From: Minisyncoccia bacterium
GTDB taxonomy: Bacteria > Patescibacteriota > Minisyncoccia > Phycocordibacterales > Phycocordibacteraceae
DNA: 64,000 nt
Direction: 5' to 3'
NCBI GenBank assembly: GCA_038207395.1
Contig: JBBQZW010000003.1
Coordinates: 18,131-82,130, forward strand
In this document: piece by piece, positions 20,371 to 30,186 of the stretch
Numbering within the stretch: the first letter of the stretch is position 1
Layout of the letters: every line of letters begins with the position of its first letter
Position numbers and translations under genes: made by a program
The notes under the pieces: generated by a model
What the model was told of the DNA's origin: nothing
Database searches by the model: none
Seen by the model: the letters and a program-made list of their open reading frames with translations, nothing else

Positions 20371-20399
20371 TAAAACTACCCCTCTGGGGTAGTTTTACG
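20371..20399 (+). terminator. rho-independent terminator after the tRNA
   Basis: aaaactacccc-tct-ggggtagtttt. Confidence 0.6.
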
Positions 20400-20438
20400 T
20401 TTACCCCATCCTTCCTATATACTTACGTGAAGATCACT

Positions 20439-22403
20439 ATGAAGCGATACCTCTCACTTATTCTTGCACTCTCATTTCTGAGTACGCCGTTAAGCGCTTT
20501 TGCTGACGAAGCCACTTTATTCCCAGCCGAAACCACGACAGAAGTCATAGTCTCGCTTTCTACCACTTCAGACTCTGCGCTTGTAGCAGTAGAAGAAACA
20601 CCTGGCATTACCATCACCCAAATACTTTCGGATACCACGGTACTCGTCGAAGCTCATTCATCTACAAACGAAGCAATACGGACACTCGAAGACTTGCCCT
20701 TTGTTTCCTTTGCAGAGCCAAATCTTGAGCGTCCTGCGTTTGCCCTTGGTACTAACGACACCTACAGTGATCTGCTATGGAGCCTAGAAAATACAGGACA
20801 AGCAGTTCGAGGAGTAACCGGAACAGCCGGTGCTGATATTCACGCTCTTTCTGCATGGAATCTTTCACTTGGCACGTCTAGTGTTGTTGCTGTTATTGAT
20901 AGCGGTGTCTTATATACTCACCCAGATCTTGCAGCAAATATGTGGGATGGTACGAATTGTGTTTCAGATACTGGCGCCGCTCTTGGTAGCTGTATTCACG
21001 GATATGACTTTGCTGATTCAGATACGGATCCCGCGCCTATAGCGGCATCTTCAACCTACGAACACGGAACGCATGTTTCGGGTACTATTGCAGCGCTAAA
21101 GAATAACGGCATTGGAGGTATTGGTGCAGCCCCGTCGTCTGTAGTAATGGCACTTCGTTTTGATTTTGATACTGCATCAGAAATTAGAGCTATCGATTTT
21201 GCGCGACTGAACGGTGCAAAGATAATTAATGCGAGCTATGGTGGAACACAATTCTCTCAGGCTGAGTACGACGCGATAAAACGCTTCACTGATGCAGGTG
21301 GAATCTTCGTAGCAGCAGCTGGAAACGGGAGCTCAGATAATGACACCTCTCCTATATATCCTGCAGCGTATGATCTGCCAGGCATCATAAGCGTGGCGGC
21401 AACGGACCAGTATGATTCACTCGCATCCTTTTCAAACTATGGTTCGACGACGGTGGACATCAGTGCTCCTGGTACGAACATCGTGAGTACCTATGTAGTA
21501 GGGACCTCTACGTCCGCCTATGCATATGCAGATGGAACGTCCATGTCTGCACCTCATGTTGCTGCGGTTGTAGCTCTTATCAAAAGCGCATTTCCGCTTC
21601 TTTCAGCGACGAGCACTAAGGAGGCCATTCTTTCCGGAGGGGACACGGTTAGCGCACTTACCGGCAAAACCCTAACAGGGAAGAGACTCAACGCATATGG
21701 CTCATTGCTTGCCGCTTCATCTACGGACCTTACGCCTCCCCTAATTACCCTCACAGGATCAAGCACTCTTTCGCTTTTGATAGGAGACGTATATACCGAA
21801 CTCGGCGCAACCGCCTATGACACTCATGACGGCACGACAACCGTAGTTGTTGGAGGAGACACCGCAACAACTTCGACTGCAGCCACGTACCATATTACCT
21901 ATGACTCAGTTGATGCTGCGGGTAACAGAGCAAATCAGGTGATTCGTACTGTAATAGTATCGGCACCCATTATTCCACCTACTCCAGCACCAGCACCTTC
22001 AGGTGGAGGAAGCAGCGGAGGCTCGGGAGGTGGTGGAGGAGGTAGTTCATCCAATGCACCTGCGCCAAAGATCACTCCTACCATTCCTGCTCCCGTATCT
22101 CCAAATGTAGGCCGTCCGGCACTGAAACCAATCCCTGCCGCACCTCTTGGGTATAGTGTCGTATCAGCACCAGTGATTAATACGTACCGCTTTACTCATA
22201 CACTCGCACTCGGCTCAAAAGGAGCAGAAGTAACCGCACTCCAAAAAGCACTTACACATGCGGGTATCTACAAAGGACCGATTACGGCATATTTTGGACC
22301 GCTAACACGAGCGGCTGTTCGTGCATTTCAAACAAAAAATGGGCTTTCGCCTGTCGGATACACGGGTCCTAAAACGCGTGTTCTTCTATCAGCTATCCCC
22401 TAG
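20439..22403 (+). CDS. secreted subtilisin-like serine protease (S8) with Gly/Ser linker and C-terminal peptidoglycan-binding domain
   Basis: Signal peptide MKRYLSLILALSFLSTPLSAFA. Catalytic triad VIDSGV / HGTHVSGTIAA / GTSMSAPHVAA. C-terminal LQKALTHAGIYKGPITAYFGPLTRAAVRAFQ is PG_binding_1-like. Confidence 0.85.
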   Translation: MKRYLSLILALSFLSTPLSAFADEATLFPAETTTEVIVSLSTTSDSALVAVEETPGITITQILSDTTVLVEAHSSTNEAIRTLEDLPFVSFAEPNLERPAFALGTNDTYSDLLWSLENTGQAVRGVTGTAGADIHALSAWNLSLGTSSVVAVIDSGVLYTHPDLAANMWDGTNCVSDTGAALGSCIHGYDFADSDTDPAPIAASSTYEHGTHVSGTIAALKNNGIGGIGAAPSSVVMALRFDFDTASEIRAIDFARLNGAKIINASYGGTQFSQAEYDAIKRFTDAGGIFVAAAGNGSSDNDTSPIYPAAYDLPGIISVAATDQYDSLASFSNYGSTTVDISAPGTNIVSTYVVGTSTSAYAYADGTSMSAPHVAAVVALIKSAFPLLSATSTKEAILSGGDTVSALTGKTLTGKRLNAYGSLLAASSTDLTPPLITLTGSSTLSLLIGDVYTELGATAYDTHDGTTTVVVGGDTATTSTAATYHITYDSVDAAGNRANQVIRTVIVSAPIIPPTPAPAPSGGGSSGGSGGGGGGSSSNAPAPKITPTIPAPVSPNVGRPALKPIPAAPLGYSVVSAPVINTYRFTHTLALGSKGAEVTALQKALTHAGIYKGPITAYFGPLTRAAVRAFQTKNGLSPVGYTGPKTRVLLSAIP

Positions 22404-22456
22404 GTATAATTGCCGACTGACACTTTTAAGCGTATAGTCACACACGGTCTTGTTCA

Positions 22457-22777
22457 GTGGACCTAAGTACAAACCAGGGAGTAATGCTAGTGAAATGTGC
22501 TGAAAAAACATCGATTGTGCGTGGTGGTTCTATTGTCGCTTTCGTCCGTAAGGACAGAGGCGATGAAAAGAATACGGTTTGTATCTGCAACCCCCAGAAA
22601 CCCCCGCACAATTTAAGGAATGGATGTCTTCCAATTTCAGGCGCTACGCCGATTGGCAGAGCTATCATGGGGAAAATGCCCGGCGACACAGTTCGCGCCA
22701 AACTCCCTAACGGGAAGACGGCTGAAATCATGATCCTGAGCGTCGAAACTGACATCCCGGACGCTATCGCGTCCTAA
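22457..22777 (+). CDS. GreA/GreB-family C-terminal (FKBP-like) domain protein; no N-terminal coiled coil
   Basis: PISGATPIGRAIMGKMPGDTVRAKLPNGKTAEIMILSVE matches the GreA C-terminal domain. The true start may be an internal Met (about 22484). Confidence 0.5.
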   Translation: MDLSTNQGVMLVKCAEKTSIVRGGSIVAFVRKDRGDEKNTVCICNPQKPPHNLRNGCLPISGATPIGRAIMGKMPGDTVRAKLPNGKTAEIMILSVETDIPDAIAS

Positions 22778-22781
22778 TTTA

Positions 22782-22821
22782 ACGCCTGCCGGGTATTACA
22801 CTCGGCAGGCGTACTCATTTT
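22782..22821 (+). terminator. rho-independent terminator
   Basis: acgcctgccgg-gtattacact-ccggcaggcgt followed by actcattttt. Confidence 0.55.
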
Positions 22822-22843
22822 TATACTGTGATATCGTGTAGAT

Positions 22844-23797
22844 ATGAACTCTAAGCCCCGCCTCCTTTCTGGCATTAAACCAACTGGGGAACTACACCTT
22901 GGGAATTATTTTGGTGCAATGAAACAGCAGGTAGAGCTTTTCCAAAGTGGTGCCTATGACTGCTTTATTATGGTTGCGGACTACCATGCACTTAACTTCA
23001 TTCATGACTCTGCTGAAATGAAGCAGCGTATTTTAGAGCTTGCAGCAGGCTACATGGCAGTGGGTCTGGATCCTGAGAAACTCACCATCTTTAAGCAATC
23101 CTCGGTTTCAGCGCACACGGAGCTCGCATGGATCTTCGACACCATAACAACCATGCCGTACCTTGTGCGCGCCCATGCGTTTAAGGATGCTGAGGCTAAA
23201 GATACAGAGATTAGTGTTGGCACCTTTAATTATCCGATGCTTATGGCAGCAGATATTCTTTTGTACGACACAGCGGTAGTACCTGTTGGTCAGGATCAGA
23301 AACAGCATATTGAATATGCGCGAGATACTGCTGAAAAGTTTAATCGCACCTTTACGGAGACGTTTATACTGCCTGAGCACCATATTCTTGAAAGTGTGGC
23401 TATCGTACCTGGTACTGACGGACGAAAGATGAGTAAGAGCTATGGAAATACCATTCCACTTTTTGCTGACCGAGCAACCATAACCGAACGCGTAATGGGA
23501 ATTGTGACCGACTCTGGGGGTGACCGCCCAGAGAATGTATATGCTATTCACAAACTTCTAAAGAGTGACGCTGAACTTCTTCCCCTGTATGAAGAGCACG
23601 CAGGAAAATACAAGGCACTTAAGGAAGCGCTTATTGAAGACGTGGATACCTTCATCGCGCCGATGCGTGCACGCTATCAGGAACTAATTGCGGCACCTGA
23701 GATGATCGAGGAGGTGTTAGTACGCGGCGGCGAAGCCGCCGCTACGGTCGCAAACGAAAAGATGGAACAGATACGTCGCGCCATCGGTGTTCTTTAG
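22844..23797 (+). CDS. trpS: tryptophan--tRNA ligase
   Basis: KPTGELHLGNYFGAM (HIGH-like motif) and KMSKSYGN. Confidence 0.9.
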   Translation: MNSKPRLLSGIKPTGELHLGNYFGAMKQQVELFQSGAYDCFIMVADYHALNFIHDSAEMKQRILELAAGYMAVGLDPEKLTIFKQSSVSAHTELAWIFDTITTMPYLVRAHAFKDAEAKDTEISVGTFNYPMLMAADILLYDTAVVPVGQDQKQHIEYARDTAEKFNRTFTETFILPEHHILESVAIVPGTDGRKMSKSYGNTIPLFADRATITERVMGIVTDSGGDRPENVYAIHKLLKSDAELLPLYEEHAGKYKALKEALIEDVDTFIAPMRARYQELIAAPEMIEEVLVRGGEAAATVANEKMEQIRRAIGVL

Positions 23798-23840
23798 CAA
23801 GAATATTATTTAGGCGCTTCACGTGATACCGTAGAGACAT

Positions 23841-25208
23841 ATGCAAGAACGAGTACTTATAGGTGAGCTCAGCTCCCACATCGGCGAGACGGTATCAATA
23901 AGCGGTTGGGTCTCTGTACGCCGAGACCAGGGCAAGCTCGTCTTTTTCGATTTTCGTGACCGAACCGGAACCGTTCAGGGAGTAGTCCTTCCTGCAAAAG
24001 AACCAGAGGGAGAAGTGCTCATGGAAACAGCCAAAGACACACGCCAGGAATTCTCTGTGCGCGTAGAAGGGACGATTAATAAACGACCTGAAAAGAATGT
24101 ACAGGAAGGTAAACAAAATGGAGACATTGAGCTCGAGATAAAGGCAATTACAATACTTTCCCGTGCTGAAGAAATGCCCTTTGATAAAGAGGCTAATGAT
24201 CTCAGCCTAGAAGCTCGTTTTGATTACCGCCCATTTACTCTTCGTAGCCAGAGGGATCGTGACATCTTTACGGTACAAGCAACTATAGTTAATGCATTCC
24301 GCACGGCACTCAGTAGCCGTGGATTTATGGACTTCCAAGCTCCGGTTCTAGTAGGAGGAGATGCTGAAGGCGGTTCTGCTGTCTTTGAAATTCCTGACTA
24401 CTATGGAAAGAAAGCATATCTCGCGACATCAGGTCAGCTCTATAAGCAAATTATGGTCGGACCTTTTGAACGGGTCATGACTACAGCTAAGACGTTCCGC
24501 GCAGAAAAAAGCGCAACAACGCGTCATCTTTCTGAAATTACTCAACTTGAGTTCGAGATGGCATTTGTTGAGACCCATGAACCTGTTATGGATATGCTTG
24601 AAACAGTTACGCGTGCAATTTCAGAAACGGTAGCTGATATACACGCAGATATACTTTCGCGTATGGGGACTACACCCGCTCTTCTGCCAAAAGAAGCATA
24701 CCCTCGATTCAGACTTTCAGAAGCTCAGGAAATAATTGAGAAGGAGTTCGGTGGCAAAGCAGTAGGTGAACCAGACCTAGAGCCGGAGCATGAACGCCAG
24801 ATTTGCGAATATGCAAAACGAGTACATGGATCAGACTTTGTATTCATTACTCATTTCCCTAATAAGAAACGTGCGTTTTATACGTATGCTGACCCGGAGA
24901 ATCCTGAATCAACTTTGAGTTTCGACCTACTCTTCCGTGGACTTGAGATAAATAGTGGTTCAAAACGAATCCACAATTATCACGATCTTATTGAAAAGAT
25001 GCATGCACGAGGTATGGATCCTGATAAGTTTTCGTTTTATCTTCAGGCCTTCAAATATGGAATGGCACCTCACGGCGGCTGTTCGACCGGTCTCGAACGC
25101 ATTACAATGCGCATGCTTGAACTAGGAAATGTAAAAGAAGCATCGACGTTCCCTCGAGATATGAACCGCATTGACAATCTACTCTCAGAAAGCGCTCCGG
25201 AAGATTAA
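23841..25208 (+). CDS. class IIb aminoacyl-tRNA ligase (asparagine- or archaeal-type aspartate-tRNA ligase)
   Basis: N-terminal OB anticodon-binding fold, FRAEKSATTRHLSEITQLEFEMAF (motif 2), GGCSTGLERITM (motif 3). Asn versus Asp specificity cannot be decided by eye. Confidence 0.8.
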   Translation: MQERVLIGELSSHIGETVSISGWVSVRRDQGKLVFFDFRDRTGTVQGVVLPAKEPEGEVLMETAKDTRQEFSVRVEGTINKRPEKNVQEGKQNGDIELEIKAITILSRAEEMPFDKEANDLSLEARFDYRPFTLRSQRDRDIFTVQATIVNAFRTALSSRGFMDFQAPVLVGGDAEGGSAVFEIPDYYGKKAYLATSGQLYKQIMVGPFERVMTTAKTFRAEKSATTRHLSEITQLEFEMAFVETHEPVMDMLETVTRAISETVADIHADILSRMGTTPALLPKEAYPRFRLSEAQEIIEKEFGGKAVGEPDLEPEHERQICEYAKRVHGSDFVFITHFPNKKRAFYTYADPENPESTLSFDLLFRGLEINSGSKRIHNYHDLIEKMHARGMDPDKFSFYLQAFKYGMAPHGGCSTGLERITMRMLELGNVKEASTFPRDMNRIDNLLSESAPED

Positions 25209-25211
25209 ATT

Positions 25212-25964
25212 ATGGATGAGACCCTCTCCATTCAGGATCAACATACGAAAAAATTCACCATCCGCACGGACTCCTTTGAAGGGCCGCTCGAGCTCATCCT
25301 CGAGCTCATCGAAAAACGTAAACTCCTTGTTAATGAGCTTTCTCTTTCTCAAGTCACGGATGATTTCATATCCTATGTAAAGAATGGGGAAAACTTTCCA
25401 ATGGAAGATGCATCGAACTTCATAAACGTTGCAGCCACGCTCCTTCTTATTAAATCCCGTTCATTACTTCCTGATCTCGAGCTTACGCATGAAGAGGAAG
25501 AAGATGTTGAAGATCTAACGCGCCGTCTTGCCTTGTACGAACTAACGCGCACCGCAGCGCGTGATCTTTCAAAACTCTTTGGAAGAAGCGTAATGGTCTC
25601 TCGGGGTGAGCGTGAACCTGAAGTTGTATTTGCTCCATCACGTGACCTTTCACTTGAGAATCTTGAGATGGCACTTCGTACCGTGCTTTCAAGTAAGGAG
25701 AAAGAAGAGAAACTCCCTGAAGTGCGTATTCGTCCACTCGTGTCTATTGAAGAAATGATGGACACCCTCCGCGAACGCGTTGAGCGAGCAATGACCCTTT
25801 CGTTTAAAGAATTCACGGGTAGCAAAACAGAAAAAATAGAAGTTATCGTTTCGTTCCTGGCGCTCCTTGAACTCGTGAAAATGGGAGCAATGGAAGCGGA
25901 GCAATTTGACCGCTGGGGAGATATTAGAATCACCAACACGTCTACAACAGTACCCCGGTACTAG
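25212..25964 (+). CDS. scpA: segregation and condensation protein A
   Basis: FEGPLELILELIEKRKL is the ScpA kleisin hallmark. Confidence 0.85.
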   Translation: MDETLSIQDQHTKKFTIRTDSFEGPLELILELIEKRKLLVNELSLSQVTDDFISYVKNGENFPMEDASNFINVAATLLLIKSRSLLPDLELTHEEEEDVEDLTRRLALYELTRTAARDLSKLFGRSVMVSRGEREPEVVFAPSRDLSLENLEMALRTVLSSKEKEEKLPEVRIRPLVSIEEMMDTLRERVERAMTLSFKEFTGSKTEKIEVIVSFLALLELVKMGAMEAEQFDRWGDIRITNTSTTVPRY

Positions 25965-26006
25965 TGTGGTTTCGAGGGCCATTTTGAGGTATGGTAAAGG
26001 GAATAT

Positions 26007-26573
26007 ATGGCCCTTTCGCTCCCGCACACGCTTGAAGCCTTACTCTTTGCCGCAGGTGAGGCATTGCCTAAAAAACGTATTGCGGTACTCCTTTCCATTC
26101 CTCCAGAAATGCTAACCGCTGCAGTACTTGAGCTAAAGGATGAGCTCAAGTCACGAGGTATTTCACTTATAGAAACGGAGAACGAACTTGAGCTTCGAAC
26201 GAGTCCTGACGCTGCTGTCGTTATAGACGCATTCCGAAAAGGCGAGCTCGCGCGGGATCTAGGAAAAGCTGGTTTGGAAGCCCTGGCTATCATCTTGTAT
26301 CAAAAAGGTGCCACCCGAAGCGAAGTTGACTGGGTGCGCGGGGTAAATTCCACAGCCGCCATTCGCTCACTCCTTTTACGTGGACTTATTGAACGCGAAA
26401 CAGATAGTGATGATAAGCGACGTATAAGGTATACACCCAGCATTGAAGCATACGCACACCTCGGTATCAGTGGCTTTGAAGAGCTTCCTAACGTGCAAGC
26501 CCTTACCGGTATGCTTTCTCAGCATGCCCCGGAACCAGAAACGAGTGGTGCGGTACATCTAGAAAACGAATAA
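26007..26573 (+). CDS. scpB: segregation and condensation protein B
   Basis: LEALLFAAGEALP...ETENELELRTSPDAA; tandem wHTH ScpB. Confidence 0.85.
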   Translation: MALSLPHTLEALLFAAGEALPKKRIAVLLSIPPEMLTAAVLELKDELKSRGISLIETENELELRTSPDAAVVIDAFRKGELARDLGKAGLEALAIILYQKGATRSEVDWVRGVNSTAAIRSLLLRGLIERETDSDDKRRIRYTPSIEAYAHLGISGFEELPNVQALTGMLSQHAPEPETSGAVHLENE

Positions 26574-26586
26574 CAATGAAGCGTGT

Positions 26587-27609
26587 ATGGATGACTCTCG
26601 TTTCTTTTCTATGAATCAACTCTGGCAATCACTTGCGTTCTCTGTCGTCATTGGTGGCGTCTTGGTAACCATTACAGGATATGGTCTTTCATTGATCTCA
26701 AAAGATGAGGGTACGCAGGCACGCACCGCTACTACCACGCAGGAAGTACCCACGCTTCCGGCAGCTGCCGTAGAAGCGGTATCAGCGCTTCCGGCAGCTG
26801 CCGTAGAAGCGGTATCAGCGCTTCCGACAGACCCGTTTACTACTCTTTCTCTTTCTGCTCAATCAGCCATAGTCGTTGATCTTTCCAATGGACACACGCT
26901 CTACTCTCAAAACGCTGATGCGCAGCTCCCCCTAGCTTCGCTCACAAAACTACTCACCGTATATGGCGCGCAGCGCGTCCTTTCTGACGCCTCACTCATT
27001 ACAATTTCAAGCACGTCACTTGCGCAAGATGGAGAGTACGGACTCACTGAAGGAGAAACATTTTCATACAAGGATAGCGCACGCCTAGCACTTACCGCCT
27101 CATCTAATGATGTTGCTCAAGCTATCGCTGAAGCTGCTGCTGCAGTTACCGGTCAAACTCCCGCACAGTTCATGCAGGGCGCTATCCGATCCGCAGGACT
27201 CCTTCATACGAAGGCTGCGAACGGAACTGGCCTTGATATCGACATAACAGAGGCGGGAGCATACGGAAGTGCGCGTGACATGGCACAGCTTGCGAATGAA
27301 TTCTATACTTCTGCTCCTGATATTTCTAAGGCAACTACAAAGCGCACGGTGTCGGTCACTTCGAAAGAAGGCGTAGCTCACACGCTTCCAAATACGAATC
27401 CTATAGTGTCATCGCTGACAGGAATTCTTCTTTCAAAGACTGGGTATACTGATCTAGCCGGAGGAAACCTGGTGGTGATCTTTGATGCCGGGATTAATCA
27501 CCCTGTCGCCGTGGTGGTTCTCGGCTCAACACGCGATGCGCGCTTTACGGATGTTACAAAACTTGTCCGCGCAACACGCGCATCACTCAGCACCCAACCT
27601 GCTCCATAG
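26587..27609 (+). CDS. D-alanyl-D-alanine carboxypeptidase (S11-like serine PBP), membrane-anchored
   Basis: N-terminal TM. AIVVDLSNGHTLYSQNADAQLPLASLTKLLT is an SxxK active-site motif. SSND matches the SxN motif. Confidence 0.7.
   Translation: MDDSRFFSMNQLWQSLAFSVVIGGVLVTITGYGLSLISKDEGTQARTATTTQEVPTLPAAAVEAVSALPAAAVEAVSALPTDPFTTLSLSAQSAIVVDLSNGHTLYSQNADAQLPLASLTKLLTVYGAQRVLSDASLITISSTSLAQDGEYGLTEGETFSYKDSARLALTASSNDVAQAIAEAAAAVTGQTPAQFMQGAIRSAGLLHTKAANGTGLDIDITEAGAYGSARDMAQLANEFYTSAPDISKATTKRTVSVTSKEGVAHTLPNTNPIVSSLTGILLSKTGYTDLAGGNLVVIFDAGINHPVAVVVLGSTRDARFTDVTKLVRATRASLSTQPAP
26755..26830 (+). repeat. in-frame 33-bp tandem duplication (2.3 copies) inside the DD-carboxypeptidase gene
   Basis: cttccggcagctgccgtagaagcggtatcagcg occurs twice exactly (26755-26787 and 26788-26820) plus a partial third. 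It encodes LPAAAVEAVSA twice. Confidence 0.85.
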
Positions 27610-27621
27610 GTAACTAAACAT

Positions 27622-28686
27622 ATGCTCTACTTTGAAGCCGCGCGCGTATTAATTCCCTTCATTGTCTCATTTTCTGTAGGCATTGTACTTGCACCGGTAC
27701 TTGCACACTATTTGTACAAATATAAGGCGTGGAAAAAGAAGGGAGGGAAAGGAAAGGGAATTGGTGACGGAAACGGCACGCCTCTTTTTGATAGTCTGCA
27801 CAAGGAACGCGAAGTTTCGACGCCGCGGCTTGGCGGTATCCTAGTCTGGACCTCAGTATTTACGACAGCGCTACTCCTTGCACTTCTTAGCTTCTTTATA
27901 GGCGGACCGTATTCTTCCCTAAACCTTGTTGACCGCGGGCAAACCTGGCTTCCGCTCTTTGCGCTTATCGTAGGAGGACTTACCGGACTCGTCGATGATG
28001 TTCTGGAGATTCGCACCTCAGCCGGAGGACTTTCTATGCGGTGGCGTCTGCTTGTGGTGGCCGTCTTCGGTGCGTTTGCCGGATGGTGGTTCTACGCAAA
28101 ACTTGGTGTTTCAAGTATCGGTGTTCCATTCTTTGGTGCTATTCCTCTTGGTGGGTTCTTTATTCTCTTTTTCGTACTTGTAACCCTAACCCTGTATGCC
28201 AGTGGTGTTATTGATGGCATTGATGGTCTGGCGGGTGGCGTCTTCTCCATCATCTTTATGGCGTATGCGGGGATTGCCTTTGCTCAAAACCAAGTCTCGC
28301 TCGCCGCATTCGCTGCCACGGTCTCAGGTGCCACGTTTGCCTTCCTTTGGTTCAACATTCCTCCTGCACGCTTTTATCTTTCGGAAACAGGTTCAATGGC
28401 CTTAACCCTTGCACTTGCCGTTACAGCGTTTTCTGCAGACTCACTTGGAGACGGAGTTGGCGTCTTTGTCCTGCCAATTATTGCGCTCCCCCTCTTTGCC
28501 ACGGTAGTCGGGAATGTACTCCAGGTATTCTGGAAAAAAGTATTTAAACGCAAACTCTTCCGTATTGCTCCTATTCATCATCATTTTGAAGCAATTGGCT
28601 GGCCTGCATATAAAGTAGCGATGCGGTACTGGATTGTAACTATCCTTGCCGGTATCTTTGGCATTGCTATCGCGCTTTTGAAGTAA
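27622..28686 (+). CDS. mraY: phospho-N-acetylmuramoyl-pentapeptide transferase
   Basis: Polytopic membrane protein with DD motif (GLVDDVLEI) and APIHHHFE. Confidence 0.93.
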   Translation: MLYFEAARVLIPFIVSFSVGIVLAPVLAHYLYKYKAWKKKGGKGKGIGDGNGTPLFDSLHKEREVSTPRLGGILVWTSVFTTALLLALLSFFIGGPYSSLNLVDRGQTWLPLFALIVGGLTGLVDDVLEIRTSAGGLSMRWRLLVVAVFGAFAGWWFYAKLGVSSIGVPFFGAIPLGGFFILFFVLVTLTLYASGVIDGIDGLAGGVFSIIFMAYAGIAFAQNQVSLAAFAATVSGATFAFLWFNIPPARFYLSETGSMALTLALAVTAFSADSLGDGVGVFVLPIIALPLFATVVGNVLQVFWKKVFKRKLFRIAPIHHHFEAIGWPAYKVAMRYWIVTILAGIFGIAIALLK

Positions 28687-28708
28687 GTTCTAACCTCACT
28701 CTGCCAGC
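28685..28708 (+). repeat. copy 0 of the AAGTTCTAAC...CAGCCAG repeat family; overlaps the mraY stop codon and sits at the left junction of the insertion
   Basis: taAGTTCTAACctcactCTGCCAGC. It shares AAGTTCTAAC and the CAG..CCAGC tail with the six internal copies. Confidence 0.6.
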
Positions 28709-30186
28709 ATTTCTGAAAAGGTAGGGTTTTGAGGTGCTAAAGCGAATATGTTGTACGGTGATTTGTATTGTATTTCCTCGATATTTCTATTGAGCAACAT
28801 AGAGTTCGATAGTGCTTCTGAGAGTATTTCTCGCTTTCGGTCAGGAAGTGCTGTCTTGTATTCATCCGCCAAGGAATTACCTTGTTTAAACTTAGAATAG
28901 ATGAGTTCGATAGTTGCGAGAGGGTCATGAGCTTTCTTCTCTAGTTCCTGCATGCGCTTGGTGAGCCGTACACTTTCATTATCAATTTCCTTTAATTTGG
29001 CTCTGTAGAGCTCGGTGTCTATGTCTCCCTCGGTGTAGGTGTCTACAAGCCTAGACTTGCGTGTAGTGAGCAATTTGAGGGCTTTCTGAGTATCTTCCAA
29101 GGCATGGTCTTGAGTACCTTTTGAATGATGTAGTTCTTCGAGCTTCGCTTTATAAACGATATCAATCATGCGCTGGCTAATCTTGAGCTTATTGAGGTCG
29201 AGAGTTATTTGTTTGTGGAGTTCAATTTCATTGGCATTGAATGAACGTTGATCGCAAATGCCTTTACCATTAGTGCAGTGATAGTAGATATATTTCTCTT
29301 TCTTGAGTTCAGCAGTAATGGCACAACCGCATTGAGCGCAGGTCATGAAGCCGGAGAGCGTGAACGAAAGAGTCTTGCCTCGTGGTTTGCTTTTCTTAGC
29401 ACAAACTTCCTGGCACTTCTGAAATAGTTCGGATGAAATAAGTGGCTCATGATTGCCTAGATATTGAATGCCATTTGATTCCATGATGCCGCAGTAGAAG
29501 GAACTAGTGAGGATTTTCTGTATACCAGATTTATATACTTTCTTGCCGGAAGAAGTGCGCAGTCCTTGTTCAAAGAGTGTCGTAGAGATTGATTGATGGC
29601 CGTGGAGCCCTGTAGCGTACATTTCAAATATCTTTTGGACGTAGGGAGCACGTGCAGTGTCTAAGGCAATAGTCTTGTTTACTTTGTCGTTTACATATCC
29701 AAAAGGAGCACGGTTAATCCAGTCGCCTCGCTTTAGTTTTTCTCTATTTCCTCGCTTAACATTTAAACTTTTCTGATCGTTCTCTAGCTTTGCTTGGGAA
29801 CACAACATCATGAGCATGAACTTGCTGTTTGGGTCGTTCTTGAATTCTTGGGAGTACGTTTTGACTGAAAGTAGTTTTCCGCTGTCCATGAGGTCTACAA
29901 GCTTTCCTAAGTCTCCTGCATTACGCGAGAGTCTGTCAGGAGCCCAGGTGAGTATTGAGTTGTACAAGCCAGAATTGATACCAGCTATCATGCGATTGAA
30001 CTCAGGGCGCATGTCAGCTTTCTTTGCTGAGTGAGATTCTCTAATTATCTCTACAACATTCAGTTCATTACGTTCTGCAATACGCTTCATCTCATTTTCC
30101 TGAGCGTCCAAGGACATTATTTGTCGCTCCTCGCTTTCTGAGGACTTACGAATGTATAAGACATAGTTTTCCATAGATAGGCGCAT
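28696..30186 (-). CDS. large serine recombinase (phage-type serine integrase)
   Basis: N-terminal resolvase catalytic domain YVLYIRKSSESEERQIMSLDAQ, a recombinase domain, a zinc ribbon (CAQCGC...YYHCTNGKGIC) and a C-terminal coiled coil. Start overlaps Rep stop by 1 nt (TAATG). Confidence 0.88.
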   Translation of the reverse strand: MRLSMENYVLYIRKSSESEERQIMSLDAQENEMKRIAERNELNVVEIIRESHSAKKADMRPEFNRMIAGINSGLYNSILTWAPDRLSRNAGDLGKLVDLMDSGKLLSVKTYSQEFKNDPNSKFMLMMLCSQAKLENDQKSLNVKRGNREKLKRGDWINRAPFGYVNDKVNKTIALDTARAPYVQKIFEMYATGLHGHQSISTTLFEQGLRTSSGKKVYKSGIQKILTSSFYCGIMESNGIQYLGNHEPLISSELFQKCQEVCAKKSKPRGKTLSFTLSGFMTCAQCGCAITAELKKEKYIYYHCTNGKGICDQRSFNANEIELHKQITLDLNKLKISQRMIDIVYKAKLEELHHSKGTQDHALEDTQKALKLLTTRKSRLVDTYTEGDIDTELYRAKLKEIDNESVRLTKRMQELEKKAHDPLATIELIYSKFKQGNSLADEYKTALPDRKREILSEALSNSMLLNRNIEEIQYKSPYNIFALAPQNPTFSEMLAE

